DNA of 55,134 bases from assembly GCA_021824285.1 (NCBI GenBank), contig JAKAKZ010000005.1:1-55134 (forward strand). The letters run 5' to 3'. The DNA comes from a bacterium. GTDB lineage: Bacteria > Patescibacteriota > Patescibacteriia > SG8-24. Under the pieces are notes generated by a model. That model made no database searches, was not told the origin of the DNA, and saw nothing but the letters and a program-made list of their open reading frames with translations. The first letter of the stretch is position 1, and each line of letters starts with the position of its first letter. Position numbers and translations under genes: made by a program. Positions 44,764 to 53,811 of this stretch are shown one piece after another.

Positions 44764-45678
44764 ATGCTAGAATCTCGGATACATATGACTGGAAACAGAA
44801 GCCTTCTCTTACCGCTCTTGGCCGGCCTGGCCGCTACGGTTGTCGTACTGCTGGCTTTCGGCGGCCATTACCTCTTCGGCCAGTCCGGCAAGACCGAGCC
44901 TGATACCCTCTCATATCCGCCGAGCATCCTGCGGACGAGCCTTAAGCCGCCGGACAATCCGGCGATGGAGAAGCCGCCGGGCTTCCTGCCGCCGGAGTCG
45001 GTCTCGGTGCCCATCCTCGTCTATCACAACATCGCGCCCCACAGGCCGACGGAGAGCAAGATGCAGCAGATCTTTACGGTCTCGCCCCAGATGTTTGACC
45101 GCCAGCTGCGGTTCCTGGCCGACAGCGGTTACCACCCAATCCTGCCGCAGCTCATGCGCGATGTGCTGGACGGCACTGCGCAGTTGCCCGACAAGCCGGT
45201 CATGCTGACCTTCGATGACGGTTGGCGTACGCAATATGAGAATGCCTATCCCCTGCTCGAGGAATTCGGCTTCAAGGCCGTATTCTATGTCTTCACTAAT
45301 CCCATGCTTCACGATAATAACCGTTACCTTTCCTGGGACATGCTTTCCGAGATGGAATCGCATGGCATGGCGGTCGGTTCTCATTCCGTCACTCATCCTT
45401 ACTTGAAGAAGTCTTCAGATGAGGAGCTGACCAGGGAGCTGACCCAGAGCAGGCGGTCGCTGGAGCAGAATCTCGGCCATCAGGTCTACGATTTCGCATA
45501 TCCGTTCGGTCAGGTGGACGGGCGTATCAGCGCCGCCGTCGCCCAGGCCGGCTATCTCACGGCGCGGACATTGGTCCACCGCACAGTCGCCACTAAAAAA
45601 AGTCTGCTGGAGCTGGGCGGCTATATCGTTACGGAGAACTTCGCCGATTTCACCGGCATATTTGAGGTGAAGAAATAA
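44764..45678 (+). CDS. polysaccharide deacetylase (NodB/CE4) family protein
   Basis: N-terminal TM, ILVYHNI, LTFDDGW, and the HSVTHP motif. Confidence 0.88.
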   Translation: MLESRIHMTGNRSLLLPLLAGLAATVVVLLAFGGHYLFGQSGKTEPDTLSYPPSILRTSLKPPDNPAMEKPPGFLPPESVSVPILVYHNIAPHRPTESKMQQIFTVSPQMFDRQLRFLADSGYHPILPQLMRDVLDGTAQLPDKPVMLTFDDGWRTQYENAYPLLEEFGFKAVFYVFTNPMLHDNNRYLSWDMLSEMESHGMAVGSHSVTHPYLKKSSDEELTRELTQSRRSLEQNLGHQVYDFAYPFGQVDGRISAAVAQAGYLTARTLVHRTVATKKSLLELGGYIVTENFADFTGIFEVKK

Positions 45679-45848
45679 GGCGTCGTCCGGTTGCGGCTGT
45701 CGTGCAAAGCTGGATCAGATTCGCTATTTTATTTTTGTTCCTCCTTCGGACTCCATTGCGGACGATTCGGCAGCCCGGCGGTATTTGACTTAGCCGGCTG
45801 GCATGTTACGGTCAGTCGGCGTTCTTTTCATCGGCAAAGGAGCCCGCC

Positions 45849-46643
45849 ATGGGCTTTATCCTGACCCTGCTTGTCCTGACGTTGAGCGTGACGGTCCACG
45901 AGTTCGGCCATTTCGTGGCCATGCGTCGTAATGGCGTGAAGGTGCTGGAGTTCAGCATCGGGTTTGGCCCGGCGCTTTTCCAGCGCCAGGACAGCCGCGG
46001 CACGATGTGGAGCCTGCGAGCCATTTTCTTCGGCGGATACTGCAAACCCGAGCTCGAAGGCCCGGATGGCGTCAACGGCAAGTCCGCCTGGGCGCGCTTC
46101 AAGATCTATCTGGCCGGCATGCTCTTCAACTCCATCGCCGCCTTCGTGACCCTGCTCGTCAGCATCTACGCCTGGCACCGGGCTCCGTCGATTTTCGTTG
46201 ACATCGCCCACAGGTTGCCGCTGCCGCAGCCGCTCATGCCGCTGGCCATCGCCTTCATCGGCTCGTTCGGCTTCTGGCTGGCCACCCCGTTCTTGGTCTT
46301 CCAGCAGTTCTTCGTGAACGGGCTGGGCTTCTTCAAGGGCGCCGCCGGTCCGATCGGGATCATGGTGATGGGCAACCAGACGATGGGCGCGGCCGCCCAG
46401 TCTGGCGCGGTGGGTTTCGGAATCGTGATGTTCTTCATCCTGATCAACGTCGGCCTGGCCGGGTTCAACCTCCTACCGCTTTTCCCGCTCGACGGCGGGC
46501 ATCTCCTTGGCATCCTGCTCGAGAAGGTCAGCGGCCGTCATGCGCAGAAGGTCCTGGCCGTCTACCGGCTGGCAGGCGCCGCAGTCATGCTGCTTCTCAT
46601 CATCGGCATCTTCGCTTCGGACATCGCCAAACTCATCAGTTAA
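45849..46643 (+). CDS. M50 family site-2 metalloprotease, paralog of 43896-44708
   Basis: HEFGHFVAM and NLLPLFPLDGG, with an AAAGGAG RBS. Confidence 0.85.
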   Translation: MGFILTLLVLTLSVTVHEFGHFVAMRRNGVKVLEFSIGFGPALFQRQDSRGTMWSLRAIFFGGYCKPELEGPDGVNGKSAWARFKIYLAGMLFNSIAAFVTLLVSIYAWHRAPSIFVDIAHRLPLPQPLMPLAIAFIGSFGFWLATPFLVFQQFFVNGLGFFKGAAGPIGIMVMGNQTMGAAAQSGAVGFGIVMFFILINVGLAGFNLLPLFPLDGGHLLGILLEKVSGRHAQKVLAVYRLAGAAVMLLLIIGIFASDIAKLIS

Positions 46644-46644
46644 T

Positions 46645-46665
46645 CCCCCTCCGTGAGGGGTTTTT
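46645..46665 (+). terminator. intrinsic terminator
   Basis: CCCCTC-CGT-GAGGGG followed by T5. Confidence 0.75.
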
Positions 46666-46724
46666 CTTTTGGTCGTAACCGCAAATACAAAACCGCCGCC
46701 TTGCGGCGACGGTTCTTCTTCAGC

Positions 46725-46991
46725 TTACTTACCGAGTTTCTTCAGGGCCGCAAGCATCCGGGATTTGATGCGGCTACCGGTATTGAGTTTCAGGATCCTT
46801 TTCTGAACCGCCTTATCCACGGCGCGGATAATCTGCTTGGACAGGTCAGCGGCTTTGGCCGTCTCCTTGGCGTCCATGGCCTTGCGCAGCATGCGGCGGA
46901 GGTAGCTGATGTTCTCCTTGACGGCAGCGTTGCGAATAGTCCGCTTCTTGGTCTGGCGCATCGCCTTCATCGCGGCTTTCTTGTTCGGCAT
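46725..46991 (-). CDS. rpsT: 30S ribosomal protein S20
   Basis: MPNKKAAMKAMRQTKKRTIRN..., 88 aa. Confidence 0.95.
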   Translation of the reverse strand: MPNKKAAMKAMRQTKKRTIRNAAVKENISYLRRMLRKAMDAKETAKAADLSKQIIRAVDKAVQKRILKLNTGSRIKSRMLAALKKLGK

Positions 46992-47113
46992 AGTGGGCGT
47001 TCGGAATGGTTCCCTTTCCTTGGGGCTCTATTTAGAGAATGTGCTTAAGATAGCTGAATCAGCGGTGGGCGTCAAGGGACGGCGCGCGGCGGATGCCCAT
47101 GATTAGGCCAGGC

Positions 47114-48145
47114 TCAATCCAATAATTTAACCTGGTCTAATTTTCCGCTTAATTTAGCGAAATGAGACTGCACGTTATCCATGGCGCCTTTGCTGTTCGT
47201 GATATGGCGCGCCAAAACGCCGAGGTCATCGTTGAAGCGGATGCTCTCCTGCTGGACACCTTTAAGGATATCCCAGATCTTCTGGGCCTGTTCCTGGAGA
47301 CGGTTACGCTCCAGGCCCATCAGGACTACGCGGATAAGGCTGAAGAAGCTGTGGGGCGAGGTCAGCAGGACGTTTTTCTTTTTGGAGTACTCCATCAGGT
47401 CCGCATCCTCATCGGTCAAAATGTGGTAGTAGATGTTTTCCGAAGGAACGTACATGACCGCAAAGTTCACTGTCCCCTCTTCCGGCAGCAGGTATTTGCG
47501 GCTGATGTCGTCGATGTGTTTTTTGACGGCCTTGGTGAACTCCTTGTTGGCCGCGCCGCGCTCCTCGTCGGTCGTAGCGCGGGTCATCTGTTTGAAGTTC
47601 TCAAGCGGAAACTTCGAGTCAACCGGGATAAGGCCGGCTTGGGTCCTGATTACGGCATCCACGGTCTCGCCGCCCTTAAACTTATGCTGCAGACCGTAGT
47701 GCTCCTGCGAAAACACCTGCCCGAGCATATCGGCCAAAATCTGCTCGCCGATGTTGCCGCGCATTTTGGGGTGTAACAGCTCATTGAACTCCTCGAACCC
47801 CTTAAATCGCTCCTGTACCACGCCCAACTCCTTCTGCACGTTGCCGATGACACGGGCCGCGTTGGTCAGGCGCTCATTGATAGTCTCGTTAGCCTTGTCT
47901 AGGCGCTCGCTCATGCCCTGCAGATTCTGGTTCAGCAGGATGATGCCCTTGTCGTTGGTTTGGGCATCGCGCATCTCCTTTATGGAACGGGCCAGCTGAA
48001 GCTGCTGGTAGATGACGGCACCGAGAGCCAGCGCCCCAAGTATAATGATCAGCGTAGTGTTGGACATGACAGTTTGGAGAAGCCTTTTTAGGTAGCCGGA
48101 CTTTGGCTTAGGTGTGTCGCACATCTGGCGGCTTTCATCAGCCAT
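47114..48145 (-). CDS. rmuC: DNA recombination protein RmuC
   Basis: 343 aa with an N-terminal TM and coiled coil, and a C-terminal RmuC nuclease-like domain (MYVPSENIYY). Confidence 0.9.
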   Translation of the reverse strand: MADESRQMCDTPKPKSGYLKRLLQTVMSNTTLIIILGALALGAVIYQQLQLARSIKEMRDAQTNDKGIILLNQNLQGMSERLDKANETINERLTNAARVIGNVQKELGVVQERFKGFEEFNELLHPKMRGNIGEQILADMLGQVFSQEHYGLQHKFKGGETVDAVIRTQAGLIPVDSKFPLENFKQMTRATTDEERGAANKEFTKAVKKHIDDISRKYLLPEEGTVNFAVMYVPSENIYYHILTDEDADLMEYSKKKNVLLTSPHSFFSLIRVVLMGLERNRLQEQAQKIWDILKGVQQESIRFNDDLGVLARHITNSKGAMDNVQSHFAKLSGKLDQVKLLD

Positions 48146-48387
48146 CGGAGGCGGGCCGTCGGCATGCGCTGACTGAGCTTGTCGACGAGGTCCCCCCGCT
48201 TATGGGCCATTATAGTTGATTCCTCGGCAGTTTGGTATGGCGGTTATATAATTGAAATATTATTCACTAATTGTGTCTGGTTCGGAAACAGTGCTGATTG
48301 CGCCATTAACATATTGTATTATGCGACACAAATATATGCAGTATTTAAGCAAAGAAAAAGGCCGTCCAGTGGTGGACGGCATTTTTC

Positions 48388-48463
48388 TGGTGGACCCGAA
48401 GGGACTCGAACCCTTTACCTCTGCAATGCGAATGCAGCGCTCTACCAGATGAGCTACGGGCCC
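48388..48463 (-). tRNA. tRNA-Ala (anticodon CGC), CCA encoded
   Basis: Acceptor GGGCCCG/CGGGTCC with a G3:U70 pair, anticodon loop TTCGCAT, T-loop TTCGAGT. A hairpin terminator lies at 48362-48387. Confidence 0.9.
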
Positions 48464-48661
48464 CTGGCTGGATTAGAATACCCCTGATTTCTTTTTTTGT
48501 CTAGCCCCTTAAGTTATCCACTACAGATGTGTATTAGTGCCATTTAGTGTGAATTAGTTGCCTGTCGGGGTAGGCATGGCGCAATCGAATGATCCGTATT
48601 CATGCCAATTATCATGGTAGGAATGTAACGCAAACAGCCGGCATGAAGCCGGCTGTTTGCG

Positions 48662-48736
48662 TGGTGCCCCCAGAAGGAATTGAACCTCCATCGTATCCTT
48701 AGGACGGATCCGCTCTATCCGTTGAGCTATGGGGGC
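48662..48736 (-). tRNA. tRNA-Arg (anticodon CCT), CCA encoded
   Basis: Acceptor GCCCCCA/TGGGGGC, anticodon loop GTCCTAA, T-arm GGAGG-TTCAATT-CCTTC. A hairpin lies at 48633-48660. Confidence 0.8.
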
Positions 48737-48792
48737 GGGGAGTAGCTTATTGTGTGCTGATTCTATCAGGTGTTTATGGTGAGGGCAACATC

Positions 48793-49285
48793 TCTGGATA
48801 AGTTGTTTAGTTTATTCACAGGCTGATTGTTTCACGGGAAACCGAGCCTTCTGGCGCACTGAATATACGGTCAATAATTAACGTGCATAATAATAGTTAG
48901 TTTGTTCTGAGTAACATAAATACGGCGCCTAGATTTATAAAATTTCCACGTGAAACAATTTGGTTAAATAATGCCGCCTTAATATTTTTTTTGCGACACT
49001 TAGTTCTCCTGAGTTCAGCCGAGGTGCCGCAGACATCAGATCTGCGGACGCGAGATTAACAAGTGAAAAAAATATCAATTCTTACCGCCAGCGGATAAAT
49101 TATTGTTGTTATGTAAAACGCTGTAGTTTTTAGACTCAATCCACACGCATTCACAGGTCTTGTGGAGCATATATCTGCTAATTTTCCGAAAAAAATACAA
49201 TTGTGGACAGAATTGTGGGTAACTCCTGTGAATTGTTAACAATTCACCATACATCCATCACCAGGACCAAATAAGCTTATCCACA
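48793..49285. promoter_or_regulatory. AT-rich cluster of DnaA-box-like 9-mers
   Basis: One perfect TTATCCACA (49277-49285). Near-matches are TCTGGATAA (48793-48801), TTATTCACA (48812-48820) and TGTGGGTAA (49214-49222), with further boxes at 48514-48522 and 48548-48556. Confidence 0.5.
49228..49247. promoter_or_regulatory. 20-bp perfect palindrome (operator-like)
   Basis: GTGAATTGTTAACAATTCAC, 140 bp upstream of the first surface-protein gene. Confidence 0.5.
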
Positions 49286-49387
49286 TGCAATCTGTAAATC
49301 ATCAATTTTAAGCCAAAAAAACCACATATATAATGATTGTTGGCCAGGCCAAAAAATGATAAACTAGAAACAGGTGGATCCGGCTGA

Positions 49388-50218
49388 ATGAGCAGTCGTA
49401 CTCATCCTAAAATTCGCGTCATGCGAAAATCCAACACAATGAGGGGGATTGGGACCGTAGCGCTGTTGGCGTTAGGGTCTTTCCTGTTTCCTAGGCGCAT
49501 GACCGAGGCCCAGGTAATGAGTTCGACTAACTTCCAGGTTCAGGCAGACAGCGTCAATATCGGCGGCAAGGCGAGCTCCTCGGGCAATTATCTGGGGCAG
49601 GACACTCTTGGCGAGCCGGCAACCGGCCAGAACATGGCCAGCGCGCTTTATATCGGCTGCGCCGGCTACCAGTGCTTTCAGGGAAATCCGTACATGTCTT
49701 TTACCGTAAAAACCGGAACATCGGCGCCGGGATCCACCGGAGTCCCGGTGGATCTGGGGCAGCTATCCACTTCCTCCGTGACCACGTCGAACGGCACGAC
49801 TGTAAACTCGATATTCATCACAGCTGAAACAAACGCGACCCACGGCGTAATCGTGACGGTACGGGACGCGAATACCGCGTTGGCCCGCACTTCAGTGCCC
49901 AGCGCCAAAGTCGATTCTGCCACGGCCACGCTTTCGGCGGGTCTAGCCGGTTACGGGCTTTGCGTCTTCTCCGTAGGACAGGACGGCATGAGTCCCAGCA
50001 GTTTTGTTGCCCAATCTCCCTACGCCAGCACATGCGATAAGACGACCGGCCACCAGGTAGGTGGCGTGAATACGAGCAACCAGAACATCTTGAGCTCCAG
50101 CGGGCCGCTTTCCGGCGGCAATTCCGAAATTCTCGTGAAAGCATCGCGCAGCGTGACCAGTCCGGCGGGCGGAGATTATTCAGACACGCTGACGTTTATC
50201 GCGACATCGTCGTACTAG
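49388..50218 (+). CDS. secreted protein with C-terminal WxL/SCPU-like beta domain
   Basis: N-terminal hydrophobic signal/anchor and a S.N[FY] repeat region. The C-terminal domain ends in GGDYSDTLTFIATSSY and is homologous to the C-terminal domain of 51078-52085. Confidence 0.7.
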   Translation: MSSRTHPKIRVMRKSNTMRGIGTVALLALGSFLFPRRMTEAQVMSSTNFQVQADSVNIGGKASSSGNYLGQDTLGEPATGQNMASALYIGCAGYQCFQGNPYMSFTVKTGTSAPGSTGVPVDLGQLSTSSVTTSNGTTVNSIFITAETNATHGVIVTVRDANTALARTSVPSAKVDSATATLSAGLAGYGLCVFSVGQDGMSPSSFVAQSPYASTCDKTTGHQVGGVNTSNQNILSSSGPLSGGNSEILVKASRSVTSPAGGDYSDTLTFIATSSY

Positions 50219-50416
50219 AGAAACGGAGGCGCGGGGAATAGAAAGCAGGCGAGTTCTATACATTTCGCCGACAGAAGCACTCGGATCACCAGTTTAGTCG
50301 GTAGCGCCGACTGAACTGGTGGGCTGATAGGCAAGGCGGCTCATTCCGCCAAGCCCGAAATCGGACACCAGAATCATAAAAGGTCGAGGTTTTTCGACTC
50401 AAGGGACGCCAACCCT

Positions 50417-50518
50417 ATGAGACAGAAAACAAAGACCATAATTTTCCGCAGGCTCATTGAGCTGACGGTGCTCGCCATGGCCGTCTCGACGCTCATTGGG
50501 GCCGGACTGATCCAATAA
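50417..50518 (+). CDS. possible 33-aa single-TM peptide
   Basis: MRQKTKTIIFRRLIELTVLAMAVSTLIGAGLIQ. The RBS is weak (AAGGGA), it is below the ORF-track cutoff, and it may be spurious. Confidence 0.2.
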   Translation: MRQKTKTIIFRRLIELTVLAMAVSTLIGAGLIQ

Positions 50519-51077
50519 TCGGGTCTGGCGGAATATAAGCGAAAATCGTCCGTGACGGTTTTATGGCTGTCTCCACAGACGGCTGGCGATGGCGAAAAAG
50601 GACGGTGTTGGCTGGGTGGCGTGAGCTGTCATTAGGATCATTACAAGCGAGATTAGTCCACACGCTTCAGGACTTACAGGTAGCTTCTACTTTGGTAGCC
50701 GCTACCTAAGGTGAGGGCTGAAGCGCGGGGAGTATGCGCCCTCGCGGCATATAAAAACAAAAAAGGTCGATCTTCACCGGTTGTTCAGTCGACGTACGTC
50801 TACGGCGGCCGAGCTGCGGAAACGCGGCCGGATACCGACGCGGAATAGACGGAGCGGCGATGAGCCTGGGCTGGATGGAGATTTTTTACCCCGTTGGCGC
50901 AAGCCGACGGAGACAGGCGGCTAAAAGGTCTTACTTATCGCTTCGAATCAGGTTTTTGCGCTTAAGGCTCCGGTCGGCGGCCATTCCGTGACCTTCCCGG
51001 TCGGCTGCTCAAGGAGGCGGCTCATTCCGTCTTCTGGCGCGAGACGCTGAAGAAGAAGCAACAAGGAGAATAAAAAC

Positions 51078-52085
51078 ATGAAAAATAGGTTTACTCGCCT
51101 TCTGTCGAAGGTGACGACCGCCTCGCTGCTTGCGATGTCGCTCGCTGCTGTCACGCCGGCCTCCGCCGCGACCGTGACCGCCTCGAAGGACACGCTTAGC
51201 CGCCTGAAGGCCGCGCAGACGGCCGTGACGCACTCCGTCACGTTCACCGTCACCTCCTTCACGGCCACCATCGACTACGCATTCGATGCCGGCTTCACCT
51301 CACAGGGCGGCACCGCTGCGGCGACCTGCACAGGCGGTACTGTTGCCGTCACCAATACCGGCAACACGTTCCACCTGGTTCCGACTACCTGTTCGGCCGG
51401 TGCGGTCACCCTTACGGGCCTGACCTTCACCAATCCGTCCGCCGGTACCTACACAAACACCATTTCGGGCCAGCACTCCGGCACCGTCAACATCCCGATC
51501 ATCTCCGATGACCAGGTTACGGTGACGGCCACGGTCTCCCCGAACATGTCGTTCAATGTCGGCGCTAACGCCACTTGCGACGTCAACTTCGCGGGTAACG
51601 GCGGCACGGTCGCCTTGGGCACTCTGTCCACGGGCGCCATCTCGTCGTCCTCGGTTTCGTCGGTCAACGTCATCTGCACCCGCCTGTCGTCCAACGCGAC
51701 CAGCGGTACGCAAGTGACTGTCCTGTCGACGAACGCCAGCCTGAAGTCGACTTCGGCTTCGACTGACTCCATTCCGTCGGCTTCCGCCGCGATGTCCGCG
51801 GGCACGGCCAATTACGGCCTGTGTCTCGATGACATTACCGGCAAGTCTGTGACTGTTCCGGTTGGCGGCACCCTGACCGCCAACATCGCCTCTGCCTGCA
51901 CTAACAGCACGGCAGCGGGTACGGTCACGGGAGTTACTGGAGCGACCCAGAACCTCTGGAGCGTCAACGCTGGCGTCTCCAACGCGTACTGGGAGCTGCA
52001 GGTCAAGGCCGCGATCTCCGGCACCACGCCGGCCCACAATGACTACACCGACACCCTGACCTTCATCGCCACGGGCACGTTCTAA
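51078..52085 (+). CDS. secreted Thr/Ser/Ala-rich two-domain protein with C-terminal WxL/SCPU-like domain
   Basis: AAGGAG RBS and a signal peptide ...TPASA|A. The N-domain is shared with 53812+, and the C-domain ends in NDYTDTLTFIATGTF. Confidence 0.8.
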   Translation: MKNRFTRLLSKVTTASLLAMSLAAVTPASAATVTASKDTLSRLKAAQTAVTHSVTFTVTSFTATIDYAFDAGFTSQGGTAAATCTGGTVAVTNTGNTFHLVPTTCSAGAVTLTGLTFTNPSAGTYTNTISGQHSGTVNIPIISDDQVTVTATVSPNMSFNVGANATCDVNFAGNGGTVALGTLSTGAISSSSVSSVNVICTRLSSNATSGTQVTVLSTNASLKSTSASTDSIPSASAAMSAGTANYGLCLDDITGKSVTVPVGGTLTANIASACTNSTAAGTVTGVTGATQNLWSVNAGVSNAYWELQVKAAISGTTPAHNDYTDTLTFIATGTF

Positions 52086-52575
52086 CGGACTTGCCAATCG
52101 CATGACATGTCTCGGTAAGGCCTAGTCCTTACGGGAAGGGCCTCTTGGAGGGCTAAAGCTCCAGGAGGCCCGACCGTGAGGGATAGGGGTGTGAAGTGTG
52201 GAGTTGGGAGTGCGGAGAAAACCTAGTCGTTACGGGTGGGGATTTTAGGCCTAGAATCCGTGGCCGTAACGATTAAAACAACGGCTGAAATAAAATGACA
52301 TCGGCGGCAAAAGGGCCGCATATCCGAGCTGAATGGCGTCCGGATAATTTGAAGTCTGGACGATGAATCCGAGGGGGAGTAATGAACTGGCTCACAAGGC
52401 GGCGATTTTTGGCTGAACAGGCAAGTCAGTAACGCTCCTGCAACGGCAGAAAAACCTCAAACAAATCCTGTGACAAATAAAAGGGCATTGCCTGAATCGG
52501 GTCGGAGGTTACCTCCGCCAGGGGGAATCGCCGACGCGGTTCAGGGAATAATCTTTTAACCGGAAGGAAGAACTT

Positions 52576-53574
52576 ATGCAGAAAGGTCTTGCGAAGATCT
52601 TGGGCGGGGCGGCGTTTTCGCTCGCCATGTCGCTCGTTCCGTTTTTCGGCGCCTCGGCCCTGACCGTTTCGCCGCCGTATTTCGATTACCGCCTTAATCC
52701 GGGCGACACCAATCTCGACGTCATCAAGCTCTACAACGATTCGTCGCAGTCCCTGACAATCTGGCCGCAACTGCAGAATTTCACGGCTGACGACAAAGAA
52801 TCAGGAACGCCGGTCTTCTATTCGCCGGATCAGGACCAGAAAGGCTCATCTCTGGCCCAGTGGATCAAGGTGGACCAGACGCCGATTGTGCTTGCCCCCC
52901 AGGAGCGCGCCAATCTCCCCTTCGCCATCAACGTGCCGAAGGACCGCGTGCAGCCGGGCGGCCACTTCGGTGCCATCATGCTGTCCACCCAACCGCCGAA
53001 CGCCACGGGCGGCGTGGCCATCGGCAGCCAGATTGCCGCGCTTATTTTGGTGAACATTTCTGGCGACGTGAAGGAGGTCGGCGGCATCGCGGAGTTCGGC
53101 TTCAATAAGCCCGCCTCCTGGTACAACTACCTGCCGGTTGATTTCTTCCTGCGTTTTGAAAACAGCGGCAATACGCATCTTCGGCCGGTTGGCAACGTGT
53201 TCATCAAGGACGTCTTTGGCCGCCAGGTAGCCGCGCTGGTGCTGAACCCTGATTTCCGGAGCGTCCTGCCCCAATCCATCCGCCGGTTCGAGCTGGGTTG
53301 GCACGGCAGGGGTGGAGCAGAACCAGGAAATTTCTTGGATGGGCTCAATTACGAGTGGCACAACTTCGGCCTCGGCAAGTATAAGGCCACGCTGGTCGTG
53401 AACTACGGCTCGAATAACTCCGTAGTCACCGATGAGCGCGAGTTCTACGTTTGGCCGTGGCGCCTGCTGTCCGTCGGTGGCGTTCTGCTCGTCCTGCTTC
53501 TGACCTTACTGAAGTTGGGTGGCAAAGCTTGGAGGAAGAGCATCATCCGGGAGTACGAGAAGAGCAAAGGGTAG
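52576..53574 (+). CDS. DUF916/DUF3324-like cell-surface protein with C-terminal membrane anchor
   Basis: Signal peptide, then an Ig-like N-domain (LTVSPPYFDYRLNPGD...GGHFGAIML), a second beta domain, a C-terminal TM (LLSVGGVLLVLLLTLL) and a basic tail. Confidence 0.7.
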   Translation: MQKGLAKILGGAAFSLAMSLVPFFGASALTVSPPYFDYRLNPGDTNLDVIKLYNDSSQSLTIWPQLQNFTADDKESGTPVFYSPDQDQKGSSLAQWIKVDQTPIVLAPQERANLPFAINVPKDRVQPGGHFGAIMLSTQPPNATGGVAIGSQIAALILVNISGDVKEVGGIAEFGFNKPASWYNYLPVDFFLRFENSGNTHLRPVGNVFIKDVFGRQVAALVLNPDFRSVLPQSIRRFELGWHGRGGAEPGNFLDGLNYEWHNFGLGKYKATLVVNYGSNNSVVTDEREFYVWPWRLLSVGGVLLVLLLTLLKLGGKAWRKSIIREYEKSKG

Positions 53575-53729
53575 GCACGAGAATAGACGGGGTCAGTGAT
53601 AAATAATAAGGCGGAGCGACCGTATGGACCGGTCGCCCCGTCGGGTGGGTGGAGAGCGCGGCTCTCCTTCCGCCCGACGGCCGAAGCGCAAAGCTCGGAC
53701 GTCGGAGAAAACCAGCAGAGCGGTTTGGC

Positions 53730-53747
53730 CTTCTATATATATAGAAG
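53730..53747. promoter_or_regulatory. 18-bp perfect palindrome containing (TA)5
   Basis: CTTCTATATATATAGAAG, 65 nt upstream of the 53812 start. Confidence 0.4.
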
Positions 53748-53811
53748 AGCGAAGCCTTATCTGCCGTTTTTCCGGCCGGAGCGCGAATCCGGCAAAGTAG
53801 GCTGGGTCATT

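Noticed and set aside
48179-48487. Plus-strand ORFs of 102 and 66 aa.
   Set aside because: They run through the tRNA-Ala gene and its terminator in AT-rich intergenic DNA.
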